The notes: generated by a model from the sequence alone, not told the origin. Positions 9,235 to 18,727 are shown, counted from the first letter of the stretch. The stretch is 64,000 nucleotides of DNA from an uncultured Candidatus Saccharibacteria bacterium (GCA_964651115.1 CAZYXJ010000001.1:213077-277076); one strand, 5' to 3'. Translations and numbers: made by a program.

Positions 9235-9660
9235 ATGTCCATCAACCTGCAAGAGACGGATCACCTCCCCCAAATCCAAAACCTCCATGACCAGCAAACC
9301 GTCGGGTTTGAACCTGACGCGCAAACCCTGCCCCGACCGATCAGTCACCCGGAGAATGTCGCAGAACGTTACTCCCGCGAACACCTCCGGAAACTGAACT
9401 CGGCACTGATGGAAATCCTCCTCGGTCGCCAGCCGGCAACCGAAGGGCTGACACATGGATTGGCCCCATTCTCCCAGACAGTGGCCCACATCAACTTGCC
9501 CATACACGCACACTTGGTAGACGCAAGTCGGTGCCAGAACGCTCCCACTCATACAGGTCTCCGTTCCTGTTACCAAAGAACAATCGCCTTACCAAAGAAC
9601 AATCGCCAGTCGACCGCCGACTGGCGCAAAAAGGAGAATAGCACACTCTCCCATCATTGA
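9235..9660 (+). CDS. hypothetical protein (weak)
   Basis: ORF in an otherwise unassigned 0.5-kb interval; no recognisable domain; contains a perfect 19-bp tandem duplication at 9570-9607; coding status uncertain. Confidence 0.2.
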   Translation: MSINLQETDHLPQIQNLHDQQTVGFEPDAQTLPRPISHPENVAERYSREHLRKLNSALMEILLGRQPATEGLTHGLAPFSQTVAHINLPIHAHLVDASRCQNAPTHTGLRSCYQRTIALPKNNRQSTADWRKKENSTLSHH

Positions 9661-9671
9661 CAAACTGTGGA

Positions 9672-10670
9672 TTACTGTCGCTTGCGAGCAATCGCCCGGC
9701 CGACCGCGGCCTTAATACTGCCCACGCCTAAACCATAATGATTAAGCAGTTCGTCGGGCGTACCAGACTGACCAAATTGATCATCAATCCCCACCCGGAC
9801 CAGCGGCACCGGGCATTGTTCGCCCAAAACCTCCGCCACCGCGCCACCCAAGCCGCCCGCGCGCTGATGCTCTTCCACCGTGATCACGGCGCCAGCGCCA
9901 GCTGCCCAGACCACCGCCTCCGTATCCAGGGGCTTAATCGTATGCATATTAATCACCGCTACTTCCGTCCCCGCCTCAGCCAGTTCCGCCGCGGCCGTCA
10001 AAGCAGAATAGACCATCTGACCACAGGCAATAATCGTTACTTGCGGCTTTTCTGGTTGGCGGAGCACATTGGCCCGACCAATTAAAAAGGGTGACTCCTC
10101 CGTTGTCACCACCGGCGACTTTTCGCGCGCGAGACGCAGATAAGCGGGGCCAACATAAGACGCCAGCGCCAGCGTCGCCTTGCGCGCCTCAATCGCGTCG
10201 GCCGGTACCACCACCGTCATCCGGGGTACGACACGCATGATCGCAATATCTTCGATCGCCTGATGCGTCCCACCATCTGGCCCCACGGAAACGCCAGCAT
10301 GCGAACCAACCACCTTAACGTTGCGATCGTTGTAACAAATCGTCGTCCGAATTTGTTCCCAATTACGACCAGGACTAAACATCGCGTACGAAGTTAAAAA
10401 AGGGATCTTGCCCATCGCCGCCATGCCGCTGGCGACGCTCGCCAAGTTCTGCTCCGCCACGCCAATCTCCACGTAACGCTCGGGAAATTTGTTTTTAAAT
10501 AAATGCATCTGCGTTGACTCTACTAAGTCGGCACACAAACCAACCACTTCGGCATTGGCCTCCGCGGCGGCGAGCAACCCTTCACCAAAGCCCTTGCGAA
10601 TCGGCACTCGCTCCACGTCGAGCTTAAAAAGTTTGGGATTTAATTTTTGACCTTCAACTAAATTATTCAT
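9672..10670 (-). CDS. transketolase, C-terminal (pyrimidine-binding) subunit
   Basis: Pyrimidine-binding plus C-terminal domains of a split transketolase; ATG at 10670 overlaps the stop of the upstream N-terminal subunit gene by 8 nt. Confidence 0.8.
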   Translation of the reverse strand: MNNLVEGQKLNPKLFKLDVERVPIRKGFGEGLLAAAEANAEVVGLCADLVESTQMHLFKNKFPERYVEIGVAEQNLASVASGMAAMGKIPFLTSYAMFSPGRNWEQIRTTICYNDRNVKVVGSHAGVSVGPDGGTHQAIEDIAIMRVVPRMTVVVPADAIEARKATLALASYVGPAYLRLAREKSPVVTTEESPFLIGRANVLRQPEKPQVTIIACGQMVYSALTAAAELAEAGTEVAVINMHTIKPLDTEAVVWAAGAGAVITVEEHQRAGGLGGAVAEVLGEQCPVPLVRVGIDDQFGQSGTPDELLNHYGLGVGSIKAAVGRAIARKRQ

Positions 10671-11529
10671 GTTCGCCTTTGATCCGACCACTTAGACTGC
10701 GTAATTCTTTTAACGCCACCACTCCTTCCTCAGCGTTGGGCGGCTTGCCGTGCCACTCAAACTGTCGCTCAAACTGCGGTACGCCCTTAGACGGAATCGT
10801 GTGCGCGATAATGCAACTCGGCCGATTGAAAACCGCCTTGGCATGACCCACCGCTTCGGCAATTGATTCGAAGTTATGACCGTCAATATCTTGAACGTGC
10901 CAACCAAAGCTCTCCCACTTCTCCTTAAGCGGCTCCAGCGGCATCACCGTCTCAGTAAAGCCGTCGATCTGGATATTGTTGCGGTCAACGATCACAATTA
11001 AATTATGCAAAGCCTCGCGGCCGGCGAGCATCGCCGCCTCCCAGATCTGGCCGCAATTAAGTTCACCGTCGCCCGTGAGACAGTAGAAAAAGCGGTCACT
11101 CCGCCGGCCGCGATCCAGCCGGTCAGCCAAGGCCATCCCCACGGCCTGCGAGAGGCCCGAGCCCAGCGGGCCGGAGCTCGTCTCGAGCGCCGGGAGAAAC
11201 TCCCGGTGGGGATGGCCTTGCAAACGCGAACCAAACTTACGCAAAGTGACCAATTCCGAAACCGGAAAGTAACCAGCGTGGGCCATCGTCGCGTAAAGCA
11301 CTGGCGCGATGTGACCATTAGACAAAATCAAGCGATCGCGATCCTCCCAACGCGGATCCTCGGGCCGATGCTTTAACAAATGAAAATAAAGAGCGGTAAA
11401 AATGTCGGTCATGCCCAGCGGTCCTGCCGTGTGGCCAGAACCAGCCGCCAAAAGCATCTCAATAATCGACTGGCGGATCTGCTGCGCCTGCCGTTCTAAA
11501 AATTTTACTTTTTCGTCGTAAAGGATCAC
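10663..11529 (-). CDS. transketolase, N-terminal (TPP-binding) subunit
   Basis: 288 aa; TPP-binding region (GHTAGPLGMTDIF...SNGH, GDGELNCGQIWEA); ATGA overlap with the upstream rpe stop. Confidence 0.8.
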   Translation of the reverse strand: MILYDEKVKFLERQAQQIRQSIIEMLLAAGSGHTAGPLGMTDIFTALYFHLLKHRPEDPRWEDRDRLILSNGHIAPVLYATMAHAGYFPVSELVTLRKFGSRLQGHPHREFLPALETSSGPLGSGLSQAVGMALADRLDRGRRSDRFFYCLTGDGELNCGQIWEAAMLAGREALHNLIVIVDRNNIQIDGFTETVMPLEPLKEKWESFGWHVQDIDGHNFESIAEAVGHAKAVFNRPSCIIAHTIPSKGVPQFERQFEWHGKPPNAEEGVVALKELRSLSGRIKGEHE

Positions 11530-12155
11530 AAATTTTGAAATTGCTTAATCGTCGCCGCCACATCCTCGCTCTCCCACAAGGCCGAACCCACCACCAAGCG
11601 ATCAGCACCAGCCGCTAAGAGCGCCGGGGCATTAGCCAACGTCACGCCACCGTCAATAGAAATTGTAACATCCGGAAATTGCTGTCGCAAAGATTTAATT
11701 TTTTCTTCAATCCCCGCCACCAGCGGCTGACCATGCTGACCAATGGCGGCGATACTCATCAACTGCACCAATTTAAGATTTTCGCGATAGGCTTCTAAAA
11801 CACTAAGCGACGTTGGCCACAACAGAGCTAATCCCAGCTGATTGGGGCGACCGGCGACGGCACCAAAAATCTGTCGCAGTCGATCGCTCGCTTCGTAGTG
11901 GACGATCAAACGATCGGCCCCCGCCAACCAACCAGCCAACTCTGTCTCGGGCTCCTCAATCATCAGATGGACCTCGATCTTAACCTTGCCAGGCACCAGG
12001 GCCAGATCGTCGGCGGTGCCCCACGTCTCCGGACTGGCAAAATGTCCGTCCGTCACATCAATTTGCACCCAATCAACCAAACCTTCGACTTGCGCGATCT
12101 TAGAAGTGATCTCTCGAAAATTTTTACCAATGATTGCCGGAATGATTTGCGCCAT
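11526..12155 (-). CDS. rpe: ribulose-phosphate 3-epimerase
   Basis: RPE-like TIM-barrel motifs (IIPAII..., VQIDVTDGHF, ISIDGGV). Start trimmed to the ATG at 12155, which is adjacent to the rpiB stop. Confidence 0.7.
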   Translation of the reverse strand: MAQIIPAIIGKNFREITSKIAQVEGLVDWVQIDVTDGHFASPETWGTADDLALVPGKVKIEVHLMIEEPETELAGWLAGADRLIVHYEASDRLRQIFGAVAGRPNQLGLALLWPTSLSVLEAYRENLKLVQLMSIAAIGQHGQPLVAGIEEKIKSLRQQFPDVTISIDGGVTLANAPALLAAGADRLVVGSALWESEDVAATIKQFQNL

Positions 12156-12159
12156 AATT

Positions 12160-12627
12160 TTAAAACTGATACTCGGTCTGCCCCTCTTGATCAATCTTAT
12201 TAATGCGGCGGACGTGACGATCATCGCCCGGGAAATCGGTCTTGAGCCAAAGCTCGACCATCGCTAGCGCCTGATCCTCTTTAACAAAGCGGGCGCCCAG
12301 GGAGAGCACGTTGGCGTTATTGTGCACGCGCGAGAGCGTGACGATGCCCTCGTCGCCGCCGTAGTAAACGGCGGCCCGGACACCCGGATAACGATTGGCC
12401 ACCATCGCCTCGCCCTGGCCCGAACCACCAAAAATTAGTCCCCGATCTTCGTCCGGATTAACCGCGACCTGTTTGCCGACTAGGTGGATAAAATCGGGAT
12501 AATCATCATTCTCCTCCAGCGCGAACGCCCCCTCGTCGTGAACCGTGTAGCCCAAAGACTTTAGTCGGACCTTAACCGCCTCCTTGAGTGCGTACCCTGC
12601 ATGATCCGCCGCCAAAAAAATTTTCAT
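12160..12627 (-). CDS. rpiB: ribose-5-phosphate isomerase B
   Basis: 155 aa RpiB/LacA/LacB family (MKIFLAADHAGYALKE...). Confidence 0.8.
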   Translation of the reverse strand: MKIFLAADHAGYALKEAVKVRLKSLGYTVHDEGAFALEENDDYPDFIHLVGKQVAVNPDEDRGLIFGGSGQGEAMVANRYPGVRAAVYYGGDEGIVTLSRVHNNANVLSLGARFVKEDQALAMVELWLKTDFPGDDRHVRRINKIDQEGQTEYQF

Positions 12628-12663
12628 AAACTACAAATAAAGAATAGCAATATAAGTTCATAA

Positions 12664-12694
12664 TATCAAAATGCCCCCGCAGTGGTTGCGGGGG
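12664..12694 (-). terminator. rho-independent terminator
   Basis: cccccgca-gtggt-tgcggggg hairpin followed on the minus strand by a T-rich tract; downstream of the 12707-13240 gene. Confidence 0.45.
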
Positions 12695-12706
12695 CTAAGT
12701 CTACTT

Positions 12707-13240
12707 TTAACCCCGCCAACTAAAATCGGGGTCAGAATCGCCGCGGGGATCAGGTGCTTCTGGCAAATCCTCTTCCGCTCCAACTCTCTGCCGAAACTGA
12801 TCATCCATAACACTAAAACAATCTTCTAGAAAGTGGCTACAAATTCCGATCGCCCACCACGTCTCTACTTCGTTTGAATCAGTCTCACCCTCCTCAAGAG
12901 TCCTCGTTTGGGGATTAAAAATTAACCAACGCAAACGATCCACGAAAGGTTCAGGGGCAGTTTTTCGAGAAGGCAGAAAATACTTGAAGTGGTGCACAAC
13001 CTGTCCCAAGCTTGTTTTTAGGGGCAGACCGGGCAACAAAACCAACCCAAGATCTTTAACTCTTTTCAAAACTGAGGTCTCGGGAAAAGACTCCTCCAGA
13101 TTAGCAAGATGCTCTGCGTTATAAAAAACGCCACAAAAAGCAAAGATCTGCCCCGGGGAAATGAATTTTTTTCCCAAGACCTCGCCTCGAGAGACAAAAC
13201 TCGCCTGGAAACAGTTAGGCGGAACGAGCTCAATCGTCAT
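12707..13240 (-). CDS. hypothetical protein
   Basis: 177 aa ORF with a terminator downstream; no recognisable domain. Confidence 0.4.
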   Translation of the reverse strand: MTIELVPPNCFQASFVSRGEVLGKKFISPGQIFAFCGVFYNAEHLANLEESFPETSVLKRVKDLGLVLLPGLPLKTSLGQVVHHFKYFLPSRKTAPEPFVDRLRWLIFNPQTRTLEEGETDSNEVETWWAIGICSHFLEDCFSVMDDQFRQRVGAEEDLPEAPDPRGDSDPDFSWRG

Positions 13241-13284
13241 GATCTAGGCTCCTTAAAAAGAACTTTTTATCGTTATACCAGAAA

Positions 13285-13590
13285 CTAATCTTTCTCACCA
13301 GTAAGGATTAAACGCTTTTCAAAACCGCCGCGCTCCTCTTTTTTTCTCTGCCGCACCGCCTCCACCCCAGCATAATCTGGAAGCTTTTTAAGCGCCTCAA
13401 TGACCTCGAGCACATCTGCCAACTCCCCCACTTCTCCCGCGAGAGAAAATTCGGTCGCCTCTTCGACTAACTTCTTTATCAATTCTTCTCGATACTCCAA
13501 ATCTGTCGCAACCCGTTGCTCGTAAGCCACACCCTTAGCATCAAGGATCTCGGGAATCTTATCGCGAACTAATTTGTGATAATGGGTCAT
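13285..13590 (-). CDS. MazG-like / phosphoribosyl-ATP pyrophosphohydrolase-like nucleotide pyrophosphohydrolase
   Basis: 101 aa all-alpha protein; YHKLVRDKIPEI... and the EE..E...E.ADVLEV pattern of small house-cleaning NTP pyrophosphatases; abuts the gap stop. Confidence 0.55.
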   Translation of the reverse strand: MTHYHKLVRDKIPEILDAKGVAYEQRVATDLEYREELIKKLVEEATEFSLAGEVGELADVLEVIEALKKLPDYAGVEAVRQRKKEERGGFEKRLILTGEKD

Positions 13591-14619
13591 TTATTTAATC
13601 CCTGCGGTTTCGATGACGTGACGAACGAGCGTGTGGGTGTACCCCATCTCATTATCGTACCAAGACAAAACCTTGACGAGATTGCCATCCACCACCATGG
13701 TAAACTCCGCGTCCACGATGGCCGCGTAAGCCAGACCGACGATATCGCTCGAGACTAACGGCTCATTACTGACGAGCAAGAGATCGCGCCAGCGCGGCGT
13801 GGCCGCCGCATCAGTCAAAAGCTTATTGACCTCCTCGGCACTCGTGCGCCGCTTGCTGATAAAGGTCACGTCGGCGATCGAACCAGTAATCACCGGCACG
13901 CGCAAAGAGATGCCATCGAACTTACCCCTAAGACTCGGGATTACCTCCGTTACCGAGATCGCCGCGCCCGTCGTCGACGGGATCACGTTGTGGGCCGCAG
14001 CGCGGCCGCGGCGATAATCCTTGGCGTCCGGCGAGTCAACCAAGCGTTGAGTAGCTGTGTAAGCGTGCACCGTCGAGAGGATCGCCTTTTCCACACCCAG
14101 GGTCTCATTCATAATTTGGATCACTGGCGAAGCGGCATTAGTGGTGCACGAAGCGTTAGAGGTGATCTGGCAACGCGCCAACTCCGACTCATTAATACCC
14201 ATCAGCACCGTCGCCCCGCTAATCCCCGGCACTGGCGTACCCTTAACGGGCGCCGAGACCACCACCTTATGCGCGCCGGCATCAATGTGCGCCTTGGCCT
14301 TGTCGTAACTATCAAAAAAACCAGTGGACTCAACGACCACATCAATCCCTAATTGCCCCCAAGGCAACTGCGCGGGGTCCTTTTGCTGAAAAAATTTAAT
14401 AACCTGATTATTAATCACCAATTCTCCCGGACGCACCTCCACCTGCAAGCCCGAACGACCGTAAGCACTGTCGTAGCGTAATAAATAAGCCAAGTTATCT
14501 AAATCTCCCAGATCGTTGACGGCCACCACTTGCACTTCCGGCTTAGTGAGGGCGACTTTAAGAAAGGCGCGACCGATCCGCCCCAGACCATTGATCGCCA
14601 CTTTAGCTTTAGTAGACAT
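13591..14619 (-). CDS. gap: type I glyceraldehyde-3-phosphate dehydrogenase
   Basis: 342 aa; NGLGRIGR NAD-binding motif and catalytic SNASCTTNA. Confidence 0.9.
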   Translation of the reverse strand: MSTKAKVAINGLGRIGRAFLKVALTKPEVQVVAVNDLGDLDNLAYLLRYDSAYGRSGLQVEVRPGELVINNQVIKFFQQKDPAQLPWGQLGIDVVVESTGFFDSYDKAKAHIDAGAHKVVVSAPVKGTPVPGISGATVLMGINESELARCQITSNASCTTNAASPVIQIMNETLGVEKAILSTVHAYTATQRLVDSPDAKDYRRGRAAAHNVIPSTTGAAISVTEVIPSLRGKFDGISLRVPVITGSIADVTFISKRRTSAEEVNKLLTDAAATPRWRDLLLVSNEPLVSSDIVGLAYAAIVDAEFTMVVDGNLVKVLSWYDNEMGYTHTLVRHVIETAGIK

Positions 14620-14652
14620 GATGATATTATATCATCAAACATTTAACGCTCC

Positions 14653-15102
14653 ATGTTTAGATCACTTCTCCGACTGGATAGGCACGTCATCAGCTTTGCT
14701 AATCACCACGGCCTCCTCCTGGCTCGCCTGGCCTTGGCGCTCGTCTATGGTTGGTTTGGCATTTTAAAATTAGTCGGCGCCAGTCCCGCCAACCCCCTCG
14801 TCGACGCCCTGCTCGGAAAAACTTTGCCCTTTCTCACCTTTGGCCAATTTATTATTATTCTCGGCTGGTGGGAGGTGGCGATTGCTATCGCCTTTCTCAT
14901 CCCGCGACTGGAGCGCGTCGCCATCCTCTTGGTGGCGCCCCATCTCGTCGTCACAGCGATGCCCCTCTTTCTGCTCCCCTCCCTCACTTGGCAAAGTAAC
15001 TGGATCCCCACCCTCGAAGGTCAATACATCATCAAAAACGCCGTGCTCGCGGCACTGGCGCTTTCGGTTGCTGGTCACTTAGAACCGCTAAATCGTCGTT
15101 AG
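14653..15102 (+). CDS. small multi-pass membrane protein (DoxX/YkgB-like)
   Basis: 149 aa with about four hydrophobic helices; family assignment tentative. Confidence 0.4.
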   Translation: MFRSLLRLDRHVISFANHHGLLLARLALALVYGWFGILKLVGASPANPLVDALLGKTLPFLTFGQFIIILGWWEVAIAIAFLIPRLERVAILLVAPHLVVTAMPLFLLPSLTWQSNWIPTLEGQYIIKNAVLAALALSVAGHLEPLNRR

Positions 15103-15605
15103 CCCTTGATCTCGGGAAGATTTTCGGTCGCCAAAAAGGTGACGCGCAAGGGATTGCCGTCCGGACCCTCAAGCAAAGCATCCTCCACCACACTAAAGCG
15201 ATCATCGCCGTTATCGGCATAAAGCTCAACGAAATAATTTTTACCCTCCTCCAACTTTTCGATCAGATCAATCGTCCCTGCTCGCGTGTTGGCGTCAAAA
15301 TAGCCCGCCCCAATCACCGAACCGACGACGCCACTATCGTTGCGGCGAACAACCACCCAACCGCCCTCAGGCAAATCAACTTGCGAAACGTAGACGCTCG
15401 CCGCTGGCAATTGCAAGCCCACCGTAATCGTCGCCGTCCGGCCAGCCCGGATCGCCGCCGCGCGGTCGAAAGCGCTACCTACCGCGGCGGAGTTATCGTT
15501 GGCGCCGTCGCGAGTCGAGAGCCAGACAATCGCCCCGATCGCAATAATAATCACCACCACAATACCAATCACCACCTTGCGTGCGCCCGTCTCATTGGGT
15601 TCCAT
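15099..15605 (-). CDS. hypothetical membrane-anchored protein
   Basis: 168 aa with one N-terminal TM helix (VVIGIVVVIIIAIGAIVWL); no domain recognised. Confidence 0.4.
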   Translation of the reverse strand: MEPNETGARKVVIGIVVVIIIAIGAIVWLSTRDGANDNSAAVGSAFDRAAAIRAGRTATITVGLQLPAASVYVSQVDLPEGGWVVVRRNDSGVVGSVIGAGYFDANTRAGTIDLIEKLEEGKNYFVELYADNGDDRFSVVEDALLEGPDGNPLRVTFLATENLPEIKG

Positions 15606-15668
15606 ATCAATAAATTAAGTTAATAATCATTAATTATATCAAAAATCATGAACCACCAGAATGGACGT

Positions 15669-16109
15669 TTAATGAAGTAGGGCCTTAAGCGCGGCTAGTG
15701 ACTTGGGCCACAGATCCTCAAACATGGGAGCATATTCGTCCGGGACGTCAATCAGCTCCACCACCAGCTCCGTACCGTCGCCGTGCTCGCGAAAAGTATA
15801 ATTTTCGTAAGCGACGTGGCCATCGGGCCAGGGCTTTTCCTCCCCCGCTATCACCTCGCCGTAATGCTCAATCGAGATATATTCGGGCGGCCGACTTTCT
15901 TTAATCCGCGAGAGCATCCCGCCCTCCACGCCCGTCTCAGGATGAGGGCCCAAAAACAACATTTTGCTACCCTCGCTCCAATCACCGCGGTAATACGACC
16001 CCTCGCAAAACACTTTGGTCCACTGACGATAGGTGGCATCCTCGAGCATTGTCTGCCAAACCTTTTCCCGTGGCGCCTCAATCTCAATCGAATATTTTAA
16101 ATTTTTCAT
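15669..16109 (-). CDS. SRPBCC (AHSA1/polyketide cyclase-like) domain protein
   Basis: 146 aa; IEAPREKVWQTM... start typical of the SRPBCC ligand-binding fold. Confidence 0.5.
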   Translation of the reverse strand: MKNLKYSIEIEAPREKVWQTMLEDATYRQWTKVFCEGSYYRGDWSEGSKMLFLGPHPETGVEGGMLSRIKESRPPEYISIEHYGEVIAGEEKPWPDGHVAYENYTFREHGDGTELVVELIDVPDEYAPMFEDLWPKSLAALKALLH

Positions 16110-16130
16110 ATATTTAAGTTACGGATAATC

Positions 16131-16439
16131 TCACTTTTTCTCCCAGCGATCTTTATCTCGACTATTCAACTTAGCCATCACCCGATCAAAGCCGCGATCC
16201 ATATCGAGGCCCAGAGAATTAGATAAACAGGTTAAAGTGAAGATAACATCAGCAACCTCTTCCTCAATATCCTGGACATCCTCAGTATCTTTTTTCTTTT
16301 TAGGACCAAAACGGTGATTTATTTCCCGAGCCAACTCCCCAATCTCTTCCGTCAAACGGGCCATTATTTCTAGGGGTTTAAAATAACCGATCTTATATTG
16401 TTGCACCCACCCCTCCACCTCTTGTTGGATTCTTTTCAT
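16131..16439 (-). CDS. MazG-like nucleotide pyrophosphohydrolase
   Basis: 102 aa; EEIGELAREI and EEVADVIFTL helix pattern of MazG-type NTP-PPases; first gene of the AT-rich segment. Confidence 0.55.
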   Translation of the reverse strand: MKRIQQEVEGWVQQYKIGYFKPLEIMARLTEEIGELAREINHRFGPKKKKDTEDVQDIEEEVADVIFTLTCLSNSLGLDMDRGFDRVMAKLNSRDKDRWEKK

Positions 16440-16446
16440 ACGGCCA

Positions 16447-16890
16447 TTATTCCATATATTCTATTTCCAACCCAAGCCGCAGGGCCTGATCATGCTCCCA
16501 GCGTGCACCGACCGAAGACTGCCAATCAGGGAGAAAATACAACTTATGAACCAATTTAGACTCAAATATTGGCAAGTAAAAATCGATTAACAATAAGTCA
16601 TCGTAATGCTCAAACTCGCGTCGACTCTTAATGCGTTGCATCGGTACTTCAAAAGGAACTTGATCAAAAATCTCGATCCCTCTTTGTTGCAAACTAGCGA
16701 TCGTCACTTCGAATCGCTTTAAATTTTTCTCCACCGAACCAGCGCCACCGGTCGAAATCGGACCGCACACCTGGCCAATGGGTGGGGGCATTTTCCGCAA
16801 CACTTGTTCAGCAACAATAAAAAGATCCCGATAAGTCTCCGCTCGGTCTAAGCTGTCATAATGTTCTTGATCCCAATACTTAAGTGACAT
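16447..16890 (-). CDS. DUF4406 / nucleoside 2-deoxyribosyltransferase-like protein
   Basis: 147 aa; VCGPISTGG motif similar to the (I/V)xGPM(T/S)G signature of DUF4406 / NDT-like proteins. Confidence 0.4.
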   Translation of the reverse strand: MSLKYWDQEHYDSLDRAETYRDLFIVAEQVLRKMPPPIGQVCGPISTGGAGSVEKNLKRFEVTIASLQQRGIEIFDQVPFEVPMQRIKSRREFEHYDDLLLIDFYLPIFESKLVHKLYFLPDWQSSVGARWEHDQALRLGLEIEYME

Positions 16891-16903
16891 AAAATTGTAA
16901 ATT

Positions 16904-17305
16904 TTACCTTATTTTCTTAACGACGGTGCCGTAAAAAATTGATGATCTGGTCCTGGAACCACCCGACTCAAAACCCACGAAAAGGCTGGGGTTTTTTATA
17001 ACCTTGTAATAATCTCCTCTGAAATAAAAAGTTTCTTTTAAATTGAATCTTTCAGCATTATAAATCTCTTCAAAAACATAAACTCCCCCTCCACGAGATA
17101 ATGGCTCACCCTCAAGCACCGCCACCTCATCACTCGATTGATACATTTTTTGAGAGTCAAAAAACTCTATATCGCCAAAAGGAATACGATTCTTTACTTC
17201 AGCTAAAAACGTTTTCTTTATATTAACGTCAAATGCCCAACCCAAAGCAAGAATACCAACCGCAATAAAAAACGAAAATTTATGCCTCAAGATAAAATTA
17301 ATCAC
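16904..17305 (-). CDS. hypothetical membrane-anchored protein
   Basis: 133 aa with an N-terminal TM helix; AT-rich; overlaps the toxin gene stop by 4 nt. Confidence 0.35.
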   Translation of the reverse strand: MINFILRHKFSFFIAVGILALGWAFDVNIKKTFLAEVKNRIPFGDIEFFDSQKMYQSSDEVAVLEGEPLSRGGGVYVFEEIYNAERFNLKETFYFRGDYYKVIKNPSLFVGFESGGSRTRSSIFYGTVVKKIR

Positions 17306-17697
17306 AAAAAAGATCGATAATCGGGATAATTGGCCTTAATAATGGATCTCCATGCAGCCGTTTCATTCGTGCTGCCCAAATCACCCTTGGTATAAACTAA
17401 CAGAACGTGTACAGTGGCATTGCTTTTTTTGATAGCAATAATACACCTGTTACCCGAAGCGTGGCGCGACTTACCAGGTCCAGCAATCCGAAATTCCGTT
17501 TTACAAATCTTGACGTCGCCAGCATCACAAATTATCTCCACACGACTATTAACACCGATCAGTGATTCTATACGTTTAAATTGCTCCGCAATAGCATTCC
17601 ATGTAACATCCCAAGCATTTTTATACTTCTTCTTAAATTTTGAGATGTAGTGTCGGTCGGCAAATTTTTCGACAATAACCGCATAACTAGTAGACAT
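17302..17697 (-). CDS. putative type II toxin (RelE/ParE-like) partnered with a Panacea antitoxin
   Basis: 131 aa; overlaps the 3' end of the upstream HTH-Panacea gene by 11 nt; C-terminal ...RCIIAIKKSNATVHVLLVYTKGD resembles the RelE/ParE C-terminus; toxin family uncertain. Confidence 0.4.
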   Translation of the reverse strand: MSTSYAVIVEKFADRHYISKFKKKYKNAWDVTWNAIAEQFKRIESLIGVNSRVEIICDAGDVKICKTEFRIAGPGKSRHASGNRCIIAIKKSNATVHVLLVYTKGDLGSTNETAAWRSIIKANYPDYRSFL

Positions 17698-18370
17698 GGT
17701 CCGGATTTTCCTGTGTGATTAGTTCGTAAGGAATAGCCTCGTCCGGCGCACACAGCTTGTACGGAAGCTGTTCATGAGTAAAATCAACAATTTCCTTAGT
17801 TCTTTTATCTTTCCATTTTGTGGAAATCTTTTTCATAAGTTCAACCTCTTCGCCCTGCAGAAGATCAAGCTTTTGACGGAGGGCTCCTGCACCAATTGAC
17901 ACGAGCATTGCGTCACCCTTGCGGTCTATTGTGATCTTCCCCTCATCTTCAAGTTCGTCAATCGCACGGAAATACGGATCGGGTACCGGACCGTAGGCAC
18001 GACGTAAGTACTGCATTCCGCTCATGCTTTCTAATTTTTCGTAATACCAAGCAAAATCGGCAAGGTAGAGAAGCTTTGCGAGTTTTGTTTTTGGCACCCG
18101 CCCATCAGTTGATGCAGGAAATTTAAGATACGCAATAATCATCTGCTTGTATTTTTCATACTGTGGAGCTGTTACTTTTGAAAGTTCTTCGATTGAAATA
18201 CCATACAATTCGCATAGTTTTTCTGCTTCCCGTAACGTCATTTCGCGTATTCCACGCTCTACGGCCATATAGGATTGGCGCGAGAGTCCAAGTTTTTCGG
18301 CTACTACTAACTGCGAAATACCCCTCTTTGTTCTAAGGGCTTTTATAAATGATGCGTATTTGGTGCTCAT
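17687..18370 (-). CDS. HTH-XRE transcriptional regulator fused to a Panacea (DUF4065/SocA-like) antitoxin domain
   Basis: N-terminus LRTKRGISQLVVAEKLGLSRQSYMAVERG is a Cro/C1-type HTH; C-terminus has KLAKLLYLADF...YLRRAYGPVPD characteristic of Panacea antitoxin domains; start set to the ATG at 18370 (MSTKYASF). Confidence 0.6.
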   Translation of the reverse strand: MSTKYASFIKALRTKRGISQLVVAEKLGLSRQSYMAVERGIREMTLREAEKLCELYGISIEELSKVTAPQYEKYKQMIIAYLKFPASTDGRVPKTKLAKLLYLADFAWYYEKLESMSGMQYLRRAYGPVPDPYFRAIDELEDEGKITIDRKGDAMLVSIGAGALRQKLDLLQGEEVELMKKISTKWKDKRTKEIVDFTHEQLPYKLCAPDEAIPYELITQENPDHVY

Positions 18371-18727
18371 GTCTAAAGTGTACATAACCTGTGTATAAAA
18401 TACAAACACAGGGTGTTGATATTCTATACACGCTCGTGGTAAAATTGTTGCACTGGACTAGTCGAACCAGCAGAAAAATAAACTTAATACCTTAGTACTA
18501 TGGCAAAAACCTCAAAAAAGGCCGGTAGGGCTGCATCAAAAGTGTTGCGGAGCAAAAGTGCAGGAAAAAATCCAAAGATAGCTGCCGCTTCTGCATTGCG
18601 ACAGCGTCAAGACCGCCAATAGAGGCTAACTTGAGCAAAAGTTACTGGCTTATAGAGAGCTCGCGGAGAAAGAGAATTGATTGGGTTACAGCCATTCACT
18701 AACAGCCCTAGAAAAGTATGCCTCGCT

